A stretch of DNA of 64,000 nucleotides from Candidatus Obscuribacteraceae bacterium. Its GTDB lineage: Bacteria; Cyanobacteriota; Vampirovibrionia; Obscuribacterales; Obscuribacteraceae. The DNA is taken from NCBI GenBank assembly GCA_044226015.1, contig JBGAHS010000008.1, positions 509,462 to 573,461 on the forward strand. Reading direction: 5' to 3'. The notes beneath the pieces are model-generated. The model saw only the letters and a list, made by a program, of their open reading frames with translations. It searched no databases and was not told where the DNA came from. The translations under genes were made by a program, and so were the position numbers. Shown piece by piece: positions 38,698-49,120 of this stretch. The first letter of the stretch is position 1; each line of letters starts with the position of its first letter.

Positions 38698-39105
38698 TTA
38701 ATACTTAGCGAAGAACTTCGACATGCTTGTTCGATGCGCCTTGTTATAGTTGTAAGATGACTTAGTGCCAATCTTACCCCAGCTGTAGTTGCGCACATAG
38801 GGAGCCCGCGGTCCTTTAGCGTTTTTAGCTGCCAACGCTTCTGCTTCCTCGACTGAGCGCACTCCAGTCGCTGAATAATCTTTTTGACGCGGATTCCAAC
38901 GGTCTTCTAAACCGTCATACCCGTATGTATACGCCCCAGTAGGAGTCAATACTGTTGCACCTGGTCCACCGATAACCGGGAACGGATTCGCTAAAGTGGC
39001 TTGAGAACCAGATTCTGTACCGGCAGCGAAACTCGCTTGCGAAGCGGCAATAGTTGCGATGCTCAAGAGCGCCAAGGCAAAGGCTTGTTTCGAATTTCTG
39101 TTCAT
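38698..39105 (-). CDS. Small secreted hypothetical protein
   Basis: AAGGGAGA SD; signal peptide MNRNSKQAFALALLSIATIAASQASFA. Confidence 0.8.
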   Translation of the reverse strand: MNRNSKQAFALALLSIATIAASQASFAAGTESGSQATLANPFPVIGGPGATVLTPTGAYTYGYDGLEDRWNPRQKDYSATGVRSVEEAEALAAKNAKGPRAPYVRNYSWGKIGTKSSYNYNKAHRTSMSKFFAKY

Positions 39106-39209
39106 GATTTTCTCCCTTAATTTCGAACATGGATGCAGACGCAAACATTGAAATCCGGTTCCGGCCGAATTACGACAAAAATCGATTCTTGAATGTACAC
39201 TAGAGAGTA

Positions 39210-41138
39210 TTACTCCACATCTCTAAGCCAGTCAGGCAACCCCGTAGCATCTGAGTCGGCTGAAACGACGGAGGAATCTTCCGATTTTTCAATATAGTCC
39301 TGTCCATCTTGCCCATGGGCATCTTCTTGAACCGCAGATTGTTCTGCAACGAAAGCTGCTGCTGGCGCACTGCTCCATCGCTCTGCACTTTCGATTTTCG
39401 AACGTCCATTATTAGAGAAGGGTGACGGTGGGGGCGTCGGTTCAATCAATCCGGCAGGGCGCACAGGCGATGAATCGGCTCTGGCAGCAAGTTTCCGCTC
39501 ATCTTCCAAGGGTGGAATTTCAAACAGACTTCGGGAAATGAAATCTCTAAAGATGATACTTCTCTTGCGAATTCGTTCACTGGCATGCTCAGCAAGCTCA
39601 GCAAAAATAGGCGCCCCAAGCGGATTCAAAAAATCCTGCCTATGAAAGAGAATGCTCTCCCCATCGTCATATCGCCTGTTCCACAGGTCGGGGTCTTCGG
39701 CCAAACAAACCAGTGCCGTGTCAATCGCCCACGCAGAGAAATGATCAGTCAGCTCGTTGAAGTCATGTTCGGTACGTTGCGGATGTTGATAATTTGGATG
39801 TCCCAATTCATTACTTGTGCGTTCCTTCAAGCCAGGCACGTACATGCCATCATAATCTACCAGTACAAGGTCACCGTTTCGCACCAGTATATTTCCGTGC
39901 TGTAGGTCACCATGGGCAACACCTGCGATTCGCAGACCATGACACATGCGCATAAATTTGTTGCGAAGCTGCTCAAGCCTAGCCTTATCAAAATTAGCGC
40001 AGAGCTCTGCTACGTAAATATTCAAAGGCGTTCCCTCGACCCAATCCATCATCAGAATTGGGAAAAGATCCGCGCCCACTCTTATGCCCTCTGGAAGATA
40101 TTCGAATGATACCATCCACGGTAGCACAGCAGGGTCGATAAAGTTAGACAGCATTTTATATCTGTATTCCTGATCCTTTATAGGATGCAGGAAACAACGC
40201 ACAGCTCGGTCGCCTGTACTGGACTTCACGCGATAAACACTGGCAAAAGCTCCTGACGAAACCTTAGGCATCCCCAGGTTGTCTAACTCAGTAACTCCAA
40301 TCTTTAATTCACGCGCCGCAAAACAACTAGAGGGATTTTGTATTGACTCATGATAGTCCTGAGGCGAAGGCCAGTTCACTGTACGCTTCAGCTGCTGCAA
40401 CGAAGAACTTGCTGCTGACCTACTCATTTCTTGAAAGCTAGCTCGGGTGCCGCGTTTTTTTGCTCCTGCTGGCATTTTTGGCGCTTTTGCAGCGGCCGCC
40501 GAATTTGGACGCTGGGGCGAGATGGGCGGAGCATTGGGAAAACTGTTATTAAAAGATGGTGCCACTGGAGGTGGTCCACTAATTGGATTTGGCTTGCGCT
40601 GAGTGGAGCTTTTATTCAAGTTCGCAATTACATCGCGAGTTGCCGCAATGATGCTAGATACAATCACTTCCTCATACTCAGACTTTTTGGTTGAAACAAA
40701 CCCAAGCTCTCTTTTGGTTTCCTTCTCAGAACTCAAATCTCGCCAGAGAAGCGATACCACAACTTCAATATTGTTATTTCGCAAGATTTCCTCAGTCACC
40801 CAGACAAACCCATAGCGTTTCAAAAGCGCTGTTTGCCTCTTCCTATAGAGCCCGGTGTACTTCAATTTCTCAACGAACTCAAGCGTTGCCGAAATCGTGC
40901 CTTTATACGGGTCGCTATTCTGAATTTGAAGCGAACATCGATTTAGTGGTGACGCCTTGCTTGTAGTTCTGGGAGAACAGATCATTGACTCGAGCGACTG
41001 AACAATTAACCAGAGTGGCGCCTGGCAGATGCCTTCATAGACAATATCCCGAGACTCAGATCGAGGTCTTGCGTGTATCAAGCCGGCAATGGAAAGCCCC
41101 AAGGCAACAGATGAACTTGCTAAGAAAAAGAGGTCCAT
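39210..41138 (-). CDS. Membrane-anchored atypical protein kinase
   Basis: N-terminal TM, Pro-rich linker, SSGAFASVYRV, AVRCF, MDWVEG, HGDLQHGNILV, LVDYDGMYVP, GHPNYQHP. Confidence 0.88.
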   Translation of the reverse strand: MDLFFLASSSVALGLSIAGLIHARPRSESRDIVYEGICQAPLWLIVQSLESMICSPRTTSKASPLNRCSLQIQNSDPYKGTISATLEFVEKLKYTGLYRKRQTALLKRYGFVWVTEEILRNNNIEVVVSLLWRDLSSEKETKRELGFVSTKKSEYEEVIVSSIIAATRDVIANLNKSSTQRKPNPISGPPPVAPSFNNSFPNAPPISPQRPNSAAAAKAPKMPAGAKKRGTRASFQEMSRSAASSSLQQLKRTVNWPSPQDYHESIQNPSSCFAARELKIGVTELDNLGMPKVSSGAFASVYRVKSSTGDRAVRCFLHPIKDQEYRYKMLSNFIDPAVLPWMVSFEYLPEGIRVGADLFPILMMDWVEGTPLNIYVAELCANFDKARLEQLRNKFMRMCHGLRIAGVAHGDLQHGNILVRNGDLVLVDYDGMYVPGLKERTSNELGHPNYQHPQRTEHDFNELTDHFSAWAIDTALVCLAEDPDLWNRRYDDGESILFHRQDFLNPLGAPIFAELAEHASERIRKRSIIFRDFISRSLFEIPPLEDERKLAARADSSPVRPAGLIEPTPPPSPFSNNGRSKIESAERWSSAPAAAFVAEQSAVQEDAHGQDGQDYIEKSEDSSVVSADSDATGLPDWLRDVE

Positions 41139-41197
41139 CGAGTCTCCCCGTACTCCTTACCTTAATTTACACCATGTAATTGAAAACTGCGCTTTCC

Positions 41198-42604
41198 TTA
41201 TTTGGCATACAGAGACTGAGCGATTTTTCGGCGAATGAGACGAGCATCAGTTCTCAGCTTTTTAGCTGGCTCGGATGCGTTGTTTCGTTCCATAAAGCTT
41301 GCCCAATTATCATAACTATCAGCGACAAAGGGATGGTCAGGACCAATAATGACTTTAAGCCTGGGCAAAACATCTTCGTACAACTTGTTCACGTCGACAT
41401 ACTTACCCTGGTCAGCATACACAGTGGCAAGTCTATGCACGGTTGACAAAAATTCAGCAGTGTCAATACCGATTGTTTTTTCTTGAATCGCCAGAGCTTT
41501 CTTTAAGAGTTCTTCTGCCTGGACATCCCTATTCGTTCGTTTGAATACTTGCGAAAACTCTGACATAACATTGGCAACAGCCGGGTGCTCGCTTCCATGA
41601 GCCTTTTCTGCAGCTAGTAAACATTTCTGAAAAATCGGCTCTGCCTCGGCATACCTGCGTTCAGAGTAAAGTAAAGCAGCGTATTTTTCCAGCGCATCAG
41701 CACTCAAATCACTTCTGCTGGGCAGGCTACTATCAATCAACTTGAGGGCTTCCTGATAATGGTCTTCAGAATTATCGAGATCGAAAGTGGACTTTTCTAT
41801 CAGCGCTAAAACCATCAGACTGCGAACTTTATCCACGACAAATGCTGTACCTGTATTGGCGTCTTCTATATCTAGAGCCTTTCTCACAGTGTCTCTAGCA
41901 TCTACATAAAACTCCTGCTTCTGGTAAAACAGCGCGAGATTATTGAGAATGTCCGCGAGCTGATCAAGCTCTGACTCAGACTTCTTGCAGTTTTCACAGA
42001 GATTCAACGCCCAGCGAAAATACTTTTCTGCTTCACTATCATCACCAAGTTTTTGATATATAGATGCCAGATTATTCGCTATAACAGCCAATACCAGGCT
42101 GTCCGGCTTATATAGCTTTTTCTTTATTTCAAGTTCTTCCTCATAAAATCGCTCAGCTTCCAATAGTTTTCCTTGCTTGAAGTATGCACTAGCAAGAAGA
42201 CCTATGAGATTAGCCGAGAAATCATTCTCACGACCAAAATACGGGCTGTAAGTCGCAAGAGCATTCTCCAGTATTTGCTCGGCTTGCCCATATTTTCCCG
42301 ACTCAAACAAAACGAGTGCGAGATTGTAGTAGGCATTTGAAAGTTTTTTCGCCAGCTCTTTCTCATGCTTGCTAGCAGCAGGTGACGGAGTCAGGGACTT
42401 GATCTCCTGGTAGCTGCGCTCAAATCTCTGAGTGCTATGCTGAAATATTTCAGCAGCCTTCTCGAACTTCTTCTGGCTTAACAGATCAAAAGCTCGTTTT
42501 TCTTGATAGCTATCATTATCAACAATCTGGCACGCACTTACCGCACCAACTAAAATAAGGAGTAGCAAGGGTTTAGATATCTGCAATCTAATTGACTTTG
42601 GCAC
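41198..42604 (-). CDS. TPR (kinesin-light-chain-like) lipoprotein
   Basis: Lipobox-like LVGAVSAC; ~42-aa repeats such as GSEHPAVANVMSE and GPDHPFVADSYDN. Confidence 0.9.
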   Translation of the reverse strand: MPKSIRLQISKPLLLLILVGAVSACQIVDNDSYQEKRAFDLLSQKKFEKAAEIFQHSTQRFERSYQEIKSLTPSPAASKHEKELAKKLSNAYYNLALVLFESGKYGQAEQILENALATYSPYFGRENDFSANLIGLLASAYFKQGKLLEAERFYEEELEIKKKLYKPDSLVLAVIANNLASIYQKLGDDSEAEKYFRWALNLCENCKKSESELDQLADILNNLALFYQKQEFYVDARDTVRKALDIEDANTGTAFVVDKVRSLMVLALIEKSTFDLDNSEDHYQEALKLIDSSLPSRSDLSADALEKYAALLYSERRYAEAEPIFQKCLLAAEKAHGSEHPAVANVMSEFSQVFKRTNRDVQAEELLKKALAIQEKTIGIDTAEFLSTVHRLATVYADQGKYVDVNKLYEDVLPRLKVIIGPDHPFVADSYDNWASFMERNNASEPAKKLRTDARLIRRKIAQSLYAK

Positions 42605-42653
42605 CCAGCCCTCAACGCTTCGGAAGATACAATCATACCCTCTTGTCTTGCGA

Positions 42654-44054
42654 CTAAAGCGGGCTGACTTTCTTCACCAAGCTAAGACTGCGCTTACCTA
42701 AAAAGCGTGCCAGGTCAGCAGCTGCGGTTTTATAATCATGCAAGCTGAACTCAGTCCAGGCACGAACATAATAGGCTTCATTATCGTCTGGTCCTAATTC
42801 CAGCGCGCGATTAAGATCAATCATGGCTTCATCAAGCCGCTTGAGATACTTGTAAGCAAGTCCGCGGTGTAAGTAAGCCAGAGCGAGATTAGGATTTAGT
42901 TCGATGGCACGCGAGAGGTCCTCGATGCACTCCTCCCAGCGCGATTGCTTCGAGCGAATTAGACCGCGGCTGAAGAACAAAACCGGGTCGTCTGGTTGCA
43001 ACAATAATGCCTGATTCAAATCTTCAAGCGCCGAGTCGTATTTTTTTAGCTTTAACCACGCGAGCCCACGCTCCATTAGCGTAGAGGAAGCCTTATCATC
43101 AAGGCGCAAAGCCTGACTAAAATCTTCAATTGCTTTCTTGTAATCGCGCAAAAGAAAATTCACGTGGCCACGATTTAGAAAAGCACGAGCTCTTAGAGGT
43201 TCCAACTTTATTGCTTCACTATAGTCTTGCAGCGCTTTCTTAAGCTGCCCCAGACGCACTCGACACAACCCGCGGTTGCTGAATGCAGATGAATCAAACG
43301 GATTTATCGAAATGGTGGCATCAAACTCTCTCAATGCATCGGCATTCTGTCCCGACTTCAAGAGCTCGACTCCATAAGCAAAATGCTTTCGCGACAACTC
43401 ATCCAAACCGTGTCGAGCTGTGGCGTAATCAGGATTGATCTGCAAAGCGCGCTCATAGGCAATCTTCGCTTCACGAAATTTTCCGCTTCGCAAAAGGACG
43501 GTTCCCAGATTATTCCAAATAGGAGCAAAATTAGGATTTGAACGAGCTGCCTTTTCAAAATTGTCTCGTGCTCTGTCCAGATTCATTCGATCTGACTCAA
43601 TCAACCCGAGGTTGTACCAGGACTCAGAGCAATCAGGAGAGATTCCCAGCGCGGTCTTAATTGCTTCTTCAGCTGCTTCAAAGCTTCCTGTGGCATGCAA
43701 TGCTCTTCCTAGCCCATTCCATGATTCGACATGAGTGGGATGCAGTTCAACAGCTTTAGTAAACGCTTCGGCCGCTTCAGGAAAGTTGAGCAATCGCGTT
43801 TGCGCGGCACCCAGCCCGTACCAGATTTCAGTTCGGTCTGCCAAAATTCGGCTCAACCTGCTAAATAAATCAGCAGACTCTCTGTTCTGTCCAATGATGA
43901 GATAGAGCCGCGCTAATAGTTCAAGAATCTCATGGTCATCTGCGTTGATGATTAGAGCACGCCTGCAAAAGTTCACCGATTCGCGGTACTTTTGACTGTC
44001 AAACAGCTTTTGTGCTGTTTGCTTCAATTTTTCCGCTTGCATAGTAGAATTCAT
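42654..44054 (-). CDS. Canonical TPR repeat protein
   Basis: Many 34-aa TPRs (WNNLGTVL, AFSNRGLCR, AYLHRGLAY). Confidence 0.92.
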   Translation of the reverse strand: MNSTMQAEKLKQTAQKLFDSQKYRESVNFCRRALIINADDHEILELLARLYLIIGQNRESADLFSRLSRILADRTEIWYGLGAAQTRLLNFPEAAEAFTKAVELHPTHVESWNGLGRALHATGSFEAAEEAIKTALGISPDCSESWYNLGLIESDRMNLDRARDNFEKAARSNPNFAPIWNNLGTVLLRSGKFREAKIAYERALQINPDYATARHGLDELSRKHFAYGVELLKSGQNADALREFDATISINPFDSSAFSNRGLCRVRLGQLKKALQDYSEAIKLEPLRARAFLNRGHVNFLLRDYKKAIEDFSQALRLDDKASSTLMERGLAWLKLKKYDSALEDLNQALLLQPDDPVLFFSRGLIRSKQSRWEECIEDLSRAIELNPNLALAYLHRGLAYKYLKRLDEAMIDLNRALELGPDDNEAYYVRAWTEFSLHDYKTAAADLARFLGKRSLSLVKKVSPL

Positions 44055-44364
44055 CGGAGTTACACCTTTGCGAAAGCTCTCGAATTCAGAACCTCATCAA
44101 GTTTTTCATGAGAACGTTGATGTGTCTAGCTTTAGCAAAGGCTTTTTACTGAGAATTATTGCGTCTACACGAGAAATGATTTTCACGGACAGCCCCGCGG
44201 GTTAGATAGACTTAAGCGAGACGCAATTGTGTGAGAGTGTGAGTTTACAGCCACAAAGTCCTGATTAAATATGAGCCTCGTGGTTCTCCCATTCTCTACA
44301 GGGATAACTTGAATACGATTAAGACAGGTTGTTTGAGTCTTGGCACGCCAAAGATGAGGCATTT

Positions 44365-47300
44365 GTGTCAGGGGAAAGTATAGGACTATCTCGATCTGAG
44401 TTGATCTCAGACAAAAACGCTGACCCTCGTTCTGAGGGGTGGTGGACAGATAACGTCTGGCATCCATTCGTCAATGGAACCGGCGTCACCCAAATCTGCA
44501 ACAATTTCGTCGATAAGAAAATAGAGCCAGCTTATGTCGCACCCGCCAAAACGCTCAGCACTGATTGGGCAGTTCAGAGCCTGGCTTCGGCTGGCGGTGC
44601 CATTCTCACGTACACCATAGCCGGCAAAGTAGCGGGCGCAGGACTGGATAAACTTGGTAGCTCTCTGAACTTGCAAGGCGCGAGTGCGCGCTTTCTGACA
44701 AACGCCACCACGGCTCAAATTGTTGGCGCTGCAGCTTTCGACTTTGCCAAAGCCCCTAATCCAGGAGAAACCAGATTAGGAAACACAGTCGGCTCAGTGG
44801 CAGCTTTTGGAATGTTTGCGGCAGGCAATCATCTGCTCGGAACATCACGCATCGCGCAAAGCAGCATCGCGACTGGGCTTGGAAGAATTGCGGTCGGCGC
44901 AGCTGGCGGACTCACATCGCTAGAGACTTCGCATTTCGTCTCAGGAATGCTTGGACAGAAATCTGAAATCAGCTGGGACGACCGACTCAAAGCCATGGCT
45001 AATGGTGGTTTTGTCAACTTCGCATTGCCCCCGATTCAAAAATCTGCCACCACTTTCATCGATTATGCCGTCAATGCTCAACCTTGGGGCAAAGGTATTC
45101 CCGTCGAAAGATATCTAGAATACAATCGCGAATCACTAAAAAATCAAATAGCAGATCTCGACCCTGCAGCCAAGGGAGCTAACGACAAGATAGGCTCACT
45201 TCAGCAGCAACTTAGCGAACTGGGCGACCCCACTTTGCGCGCTCTGGGAAGAGACAACCCGCTTGCTAGAGTCAAATTAGCTAATGAAGCAAGTAAAGCA
45301 GACATGGCTCGCAACACAGTTCTCTTCAATGAAGCTGAGGGTGCGGGAAAACTCGCGCACGAACTAAAACATTTGCGCATTGGAAAAATCGCAGAAAGCA
45401 GCTATCAGCAAATCGGCAAGATGCTAAAAACAGATCCGCTTCAGGCGGAAGCGAAATATTACATGCTTCGAGCAGACATGGAAGCGGCAGCCCGAGCAGC
45501 AGAGAACGCCGTTCGACCCGGCTCGACCATGGATAATCCACTCAGAGTCGGAATGGAAACAGCCAGCAATGGCAAAACATATTTCGAAAACTGGAATACT
45601 GAATTCAAACAATTCAAACAAAATACAAAGTTCAGACCTAACTTTGAATTCTCTCCCGCATCCGATCTGCCAGCTCCAAAAGCAGCAGCAGAAAACGCAG
45701 CGCTAGCCATACCTCATGCTGCAAGCGAGGCTACAGTTAAACTCGGCGCCACCGTAACTGATAAGGGAATCAACTTCTCCGTTCATGCACCAGATGCCAC
45801 AAAGGTGGAAGTACTTATTTATGACAAAGCTGGAGATAAATCGCCAAGCAAAGTCATCTCAATGCAAAAGAATGGCAATAATTGGAGCACATTTGCCGAG
45901 GGGCTACCCGAAGGCACACTTTATCAATACCGAGCAGAAGGTCCAAACACACCAGAAAAAGACGGCACTCGTTTTAACGGCAAGATTGGTCTGGTCGACC
46001 CTGAAGCCAAAGCTGTTTCAAGCAGCGAGTTACCGGTCAAAAATGGTGGCGGGCAAGTGCCCGATCATCTCGGAGATATGCCAAAATCAATCGCTCTGAA
46101 AGACACGTACAACTGGAATGGAGACAAGGCTCCGAATATTCCAATGTCAGATACGGTCATATACGAATTGAGTGTTCGTGGTTTCACAGGTGGTGACAAG
46201 ACATTGGGTCATCTCAGTGGAACCTATCGTGGCTTAATTGAGAAAATACCTCATTTGAAAGAACTAGGCATAACGGCAGTCGAGCTAATGCCAATCATGC
46301 AAGGTGACAGAGGTCCGTGGGTTCCGAAAAATCCGGAAACGGGAGAACAATTAAGAGACAGTTGGAACTACAATCAGATCAATTACAAAGCACCAGACGG
46401 CAGCCTTGCGGCTGATGGACACTTGGGGCAACAGGTCGCCGAGTTCAAGGACTTAGTTAAGGCTCTTCATGCCAGCAACATAGAGGTCATTCTCGATGTT
46501 GTCTACAATCACACCAGAGAAGGTAGCCCGCAAGGTGGTCCAACCATCAACTTCAGAGGCTTAGACAACAAAGGCTATTACCTCCTCAATCCCAACAACC
46601 CTGCTGAATACCTCGATAAAACCGGGTGCGGCAACACATTCAACGCAAACAGCCCCGCAGGCAAGCAACTGATCATGAACTCGCTCAGGTACTGGGTGGA
46701 CGAGATGCACGTTGATGGATTCCGCTTTGACCTCGCCACCACTTTCAAATATGAGCCAGATGGTTCTCAGAAAGCCAAAACAGAAATAATGCAGCTAATT
46801 GAAGCTGACCCCGTGCTCTCGAAGGTCAAACTCATTGCTGAACCATGGAGTATTGAACAGTACTACCTGGGCAAGTTCTCCGACAGACTCTGGTCTGAAT
46901 GGAACGGTGATTACCGCGATACCGTTCGCAAATTCATCAAGAGCGATCCGAACCAGACCGCGACTCTTGCTGAAAGAATAGCAGGGTCACCCCAGTGGTT
47001 TGACGCAGAGAAAGGAAGACACAGCATCAATGCTGTCACATTCCACGATGGCTTTACGATGAACGATCTCGTTAGCTACAACCAGAAACACAACCTTGCA
47101 AATGGTGAAAATAATCGCGACGGCTCCAACGATAACTTCTCCTGGAACTCAGGACATGAAGGACCTCTTCGCGATGCGCCAATTCCTGAAGCGCAAAAGG
47201 CAAGCATCGAAGCACTCAGGTCTCGCCAGGTCAAAAATCTCATGGCGATGCTCATGCTCTCTAGAGGCACACCGTTAGTTCTGGCTGGCGATGAGTTTCG

Positions 47301-47742
47301 TGCCACTAAGGAAGGCAACAACAATACATGGAATCAAGACAAACTCAATCAGATTAATTGGCAGCTCAAGCAAGACAATGCTGAAGCATTCCGCTTTTCT
47401 AAAATGATGATTGACCTGCGCAAGACCCATCAAATTGGACGACTTGGACCAAATGCCTTCCAATGGCACGGAGTAGAGCCTTTCAAACCTGATTTTTCCG
47501 ACTACGCCAGATTCATAGCGTGGCAAACGCAACCAAGCACTCAGGGCATTAAGCCACTTTACTCAGCGTTCAACTCTTATTGGGAGCCAATAACAGTTAC
47601 TCTGCCAAAAGGAAACTGGTTCAGGTTAGTCGACACCAATTTGCCAGCGGGGCAAGACATCGTAAAACCTGACCACGCAACACCCACAAGCGAAACCTAC
47701 ACCATACAGCCTCGCTCAGCCATTGTTTTAGAAGGGCGTTAA
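44365..47742 (+). CDS. GlgX-type glycogen debranching enzyme (CBM48 + GH13) fused to a ~460-aa N-terminal hydrophobic/HExxH region
   Basis: LGATVTDKGINFSVHAP, VELMPI, ILDVVYNHT, DGFRFDLA, LIAEPW, TFHDGFT, YNQKHNLANGENNRDG; in-frame GTG 44365 follows GAGG. Confidence 0.9.
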   Translation: MSGESIGLSRSELISDKNADPRSEGWWTDNVWHPFVNGTGVTQICNNFVDKKIEPAYVAPAKTLSTDWAVQSLASAGGAILTYTIAGKVAGAGLDKLGSSLNLQGASARFLTNATTAQIVGAAAFDFAKAPNPGETRLGNTVGSVAAFGMFAAGNHLLGTSRIAQSSIATGLGRIAVGAAGGLTSLETSHFVSGMLGQKSEISWDDRLKAMANGGFVNFALPPIQKSATTFIDYAVNAQPWGKGIPVERYLEYNRESLKNQIADLDPAAKGANDKIGSLQQQLSELGDPTLRALGRDNPLARVKLANEASKADMARNTVLFNEAEGAGKLAHELKHLRIGKIAESSYQQIGKMLKTDPLQAEAKYYMLRADMEAAARAAENAVRPGSTMDNPLRVGMETASNGKTYFENWNTEFKQFKQNTKFRPNFEFSPASDLPAPKAAAENAALAIPHAASEATVKLGATVTDKGINFSVHAPDATKVEVLIYDKAGDKSPSKVISMQKNGNNWSTFAEGLPEGTLYQYRAEGPNTPEKDGTRFNGKIGLVDPEAKAVSSSELPVKNGGGQVPDHLGDMPKSIALKDTYNWNGDKAPNIPMSDTVIYELSVRGFTGGDKTLGHLSGTYRGLIEKIPHLKELGITAVELMPIMQGDRGPWVPKNPETGEQLRDSWNYNQINYKAPDGSLAADGHLGQQVAEFKDLVKALHASNIEVILDVVYNHTREGSPQGGPTINFRGLDNKGYYLLNPNNPAEYLDKTGCGNTFNANSPAGKQLIMNSLRYWVDEMHVDGFRFDLATTFKYEPDGSQKAKTEIMQLIEADPVLSKVKLIAEPWSIEQYYLGKFSDRLWSEWNGDYRDTVRKFIKSDPNQTATLAERIAGSPQWFDAEKGRHSINAVTFHDGFTMNDLVSYNQKHNLANGENNRDGSNDNFSWNSGHEGPLRDAPIPEAQKASIEALRSRQVKNLMAMLMLSRGTPLVLAGDEFRATKEGNNNTWNQDKLNQINWQLKQDNAEAFRFSKMMIDLRKTHQIGRLGPNAFQWHGVEPFKPDFSDYARFIAWQTQPSTQGIKPLYSAFNSYWEPITVTLPKGNWFRLVDTNLPAGQDIVKPDHATPTSETYTIQPRSAIVLEGR

Positions 47743-47773
47743 GGTCACTGTTATCCGAAATATCAAAAGGGGC

Positions 47774-48457
47774 ATGTCCACTTTGGGGGACCCTGTCATG
47801 GATTTTTTTTCAAGCTTTCTTGCCACAGTAAAAGCCTTAGTGACAAATCCCAGGTCTTTTTTCGACCAGATTGATTGGGATTCAGGCTGGAAAGAACCAA
47901 TTCTATTTTTTGCAACTTGCTCAACAGTCTATGCACTTGGCTCTGCAATCTGCATCAGTGCAACCGTGAATTCAACTCTTTCCTACCTTCGCTCAATTGG
48001 AGCAGACACAAGCGGGTTTCCTCCGAGCAGCTTCGCCTTCGCCACAATTTTCCTATTCTCATTTGCCTCTTCGCTAATTGGCTCACAGATTTTCTCTTTT
48101 GCAACAGCATTCAGCCTGCATTTAATGGGGGGAACGGGTACTCTCCAACGCACATACCTTGCTCTGGCCTGCTGCTGGGTAGTTATGTTGGTGGTCTGGA
48201 TTCCATTCATTGGTTGGATTCCAGGTTTGTATTTCTTCTATCTTGCCTACTTGGGGCTGGCGAAAGCACACTCAGTGCCCGGCTGGAAAGCACTTCTCGG
48301 CATATCATTGGGCTCTGTCAGTGTTGCGGTATGCAGTTTTGCTCTTGCAGCATTAGTAGGACTTGCAATCTTAAAGCCACCTATTGACCCTGACGACAAT
48401 TTGCCGAAAGACCCGGAAGTACGCCGCCTCATGCAAGACTATGAGCGAAAAGAATGA
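47774..48457 (+). CDS. Yip1 family membrane protein
   Basis: ALVTNPRSFF, HLMGGTGTLQRTY, WIPFIGW, GLAKAH pattern; about 5 TM segments. Confidence 0.8.
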   Translation: MSTLGDPVMDFFSSFLATVKALVTNPRSFFDQIDWDSGWKEPILFFATCSTVYALGSAICISATVNSTLSYLRSIGADTSGFPPSSFAFATIFLFSFASSLIGSQIFSFATAFSLHLMGGTGTLQRTYLALACCWVVMLVVWIPFIGWIPGLYFFYLAYLGLAKAHSVPGWKALLGISLGSVSVAVCSFALAALVGLAILKPPIDPDDNLPKDPEVRRLMQDYERKE

Positions 48458-49075
48458 TCAATTCTGAACCTTAACCATCACGGTCAAAAGCTCTTGCCCT
48501 TTGCGATCCTTTATTGAGTCTTGAGGCTCATAGGAAATCTCGATTTGGAAGTCTCTGCGAAACAGTTCAAAAATCTCGCTTTTATCAACATGGAAGGGCG
48601 GTCCACCCTTTCTTTCCGGCAGGCACCACCATAACGAAATGAATTTTCCGCCTGGCTTTAGAAGGTCTCGCACTGTCCATGCATAACGCTGACGTTGGCT
48701 TGGGTCAATGGCACAAAACGAACAATGTTCAAGCACATAGTCGTAATAACCAAAATACTCGTGCATGTCAAAAATATTGCGCTCTAGCAAGAAGCCATTG
48801 GTTCCAAGCAGATTTGCTTTGGCAAGCTGAGCACTAGTCTCTGCCACTGCAGATGGTGCAAAGTCTACGCCTGTGACCTCAAATCCATTTTTTGCAAACA
48901 AGACACATTCATGACCACGCCCGCAACCGAGCACAGCAATGCGCCCTGGCGGAACTGCATATGGTGACTTCAGAAATGTCTGCAAAGGCGGTGCGGGCTG
49001 GCCTAAATCCCAAGGAGTTTTCTTGGTGCGATATAGGTTTTCCCAGAACTCTAGTTTCTCGGGTGTTAGTTCCAT
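48458..49075 (-). CDS. Thiopurine/thiol S-methyltransferase (TPMT-like) SAM-dependent methyltransferase
   Basis: FWENLY...TPWDLGQPAP, VLGCGRGHE, FCAIDP, LLKPGG, GGPPF. Confidence 0.9.
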   Translation of the reverse strand: MELTPEKLEFWENLYRTKKTPWDLGQPAPPLQTFLKSPYAVPPGRIAVLGCGRGHECVLFAKNGFEVTGVDFAPSAVAETSAQLAKANLLGTNGFLLERNIFDMHEYFGYYDYVLEHCSFCAIDPSQRQRYAWTVRDLLKPGGKFISLWWCLPERKGGPPFHVDKSEIFELFRRDFQIEISYEPQDSIKDRKGQELLTVMVKVQN

Positions 49076-49120
49076 GCGCAGGTCTCAAATGGCTACCTGC
49101 CTTATTCTATCGCAAGCCCT

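Noticed and set aside
47875..48387. 170-aa alternative-frame ORF
   Set aside because: It overlaps the Yip1 gene in another frame and has no recognisable features.
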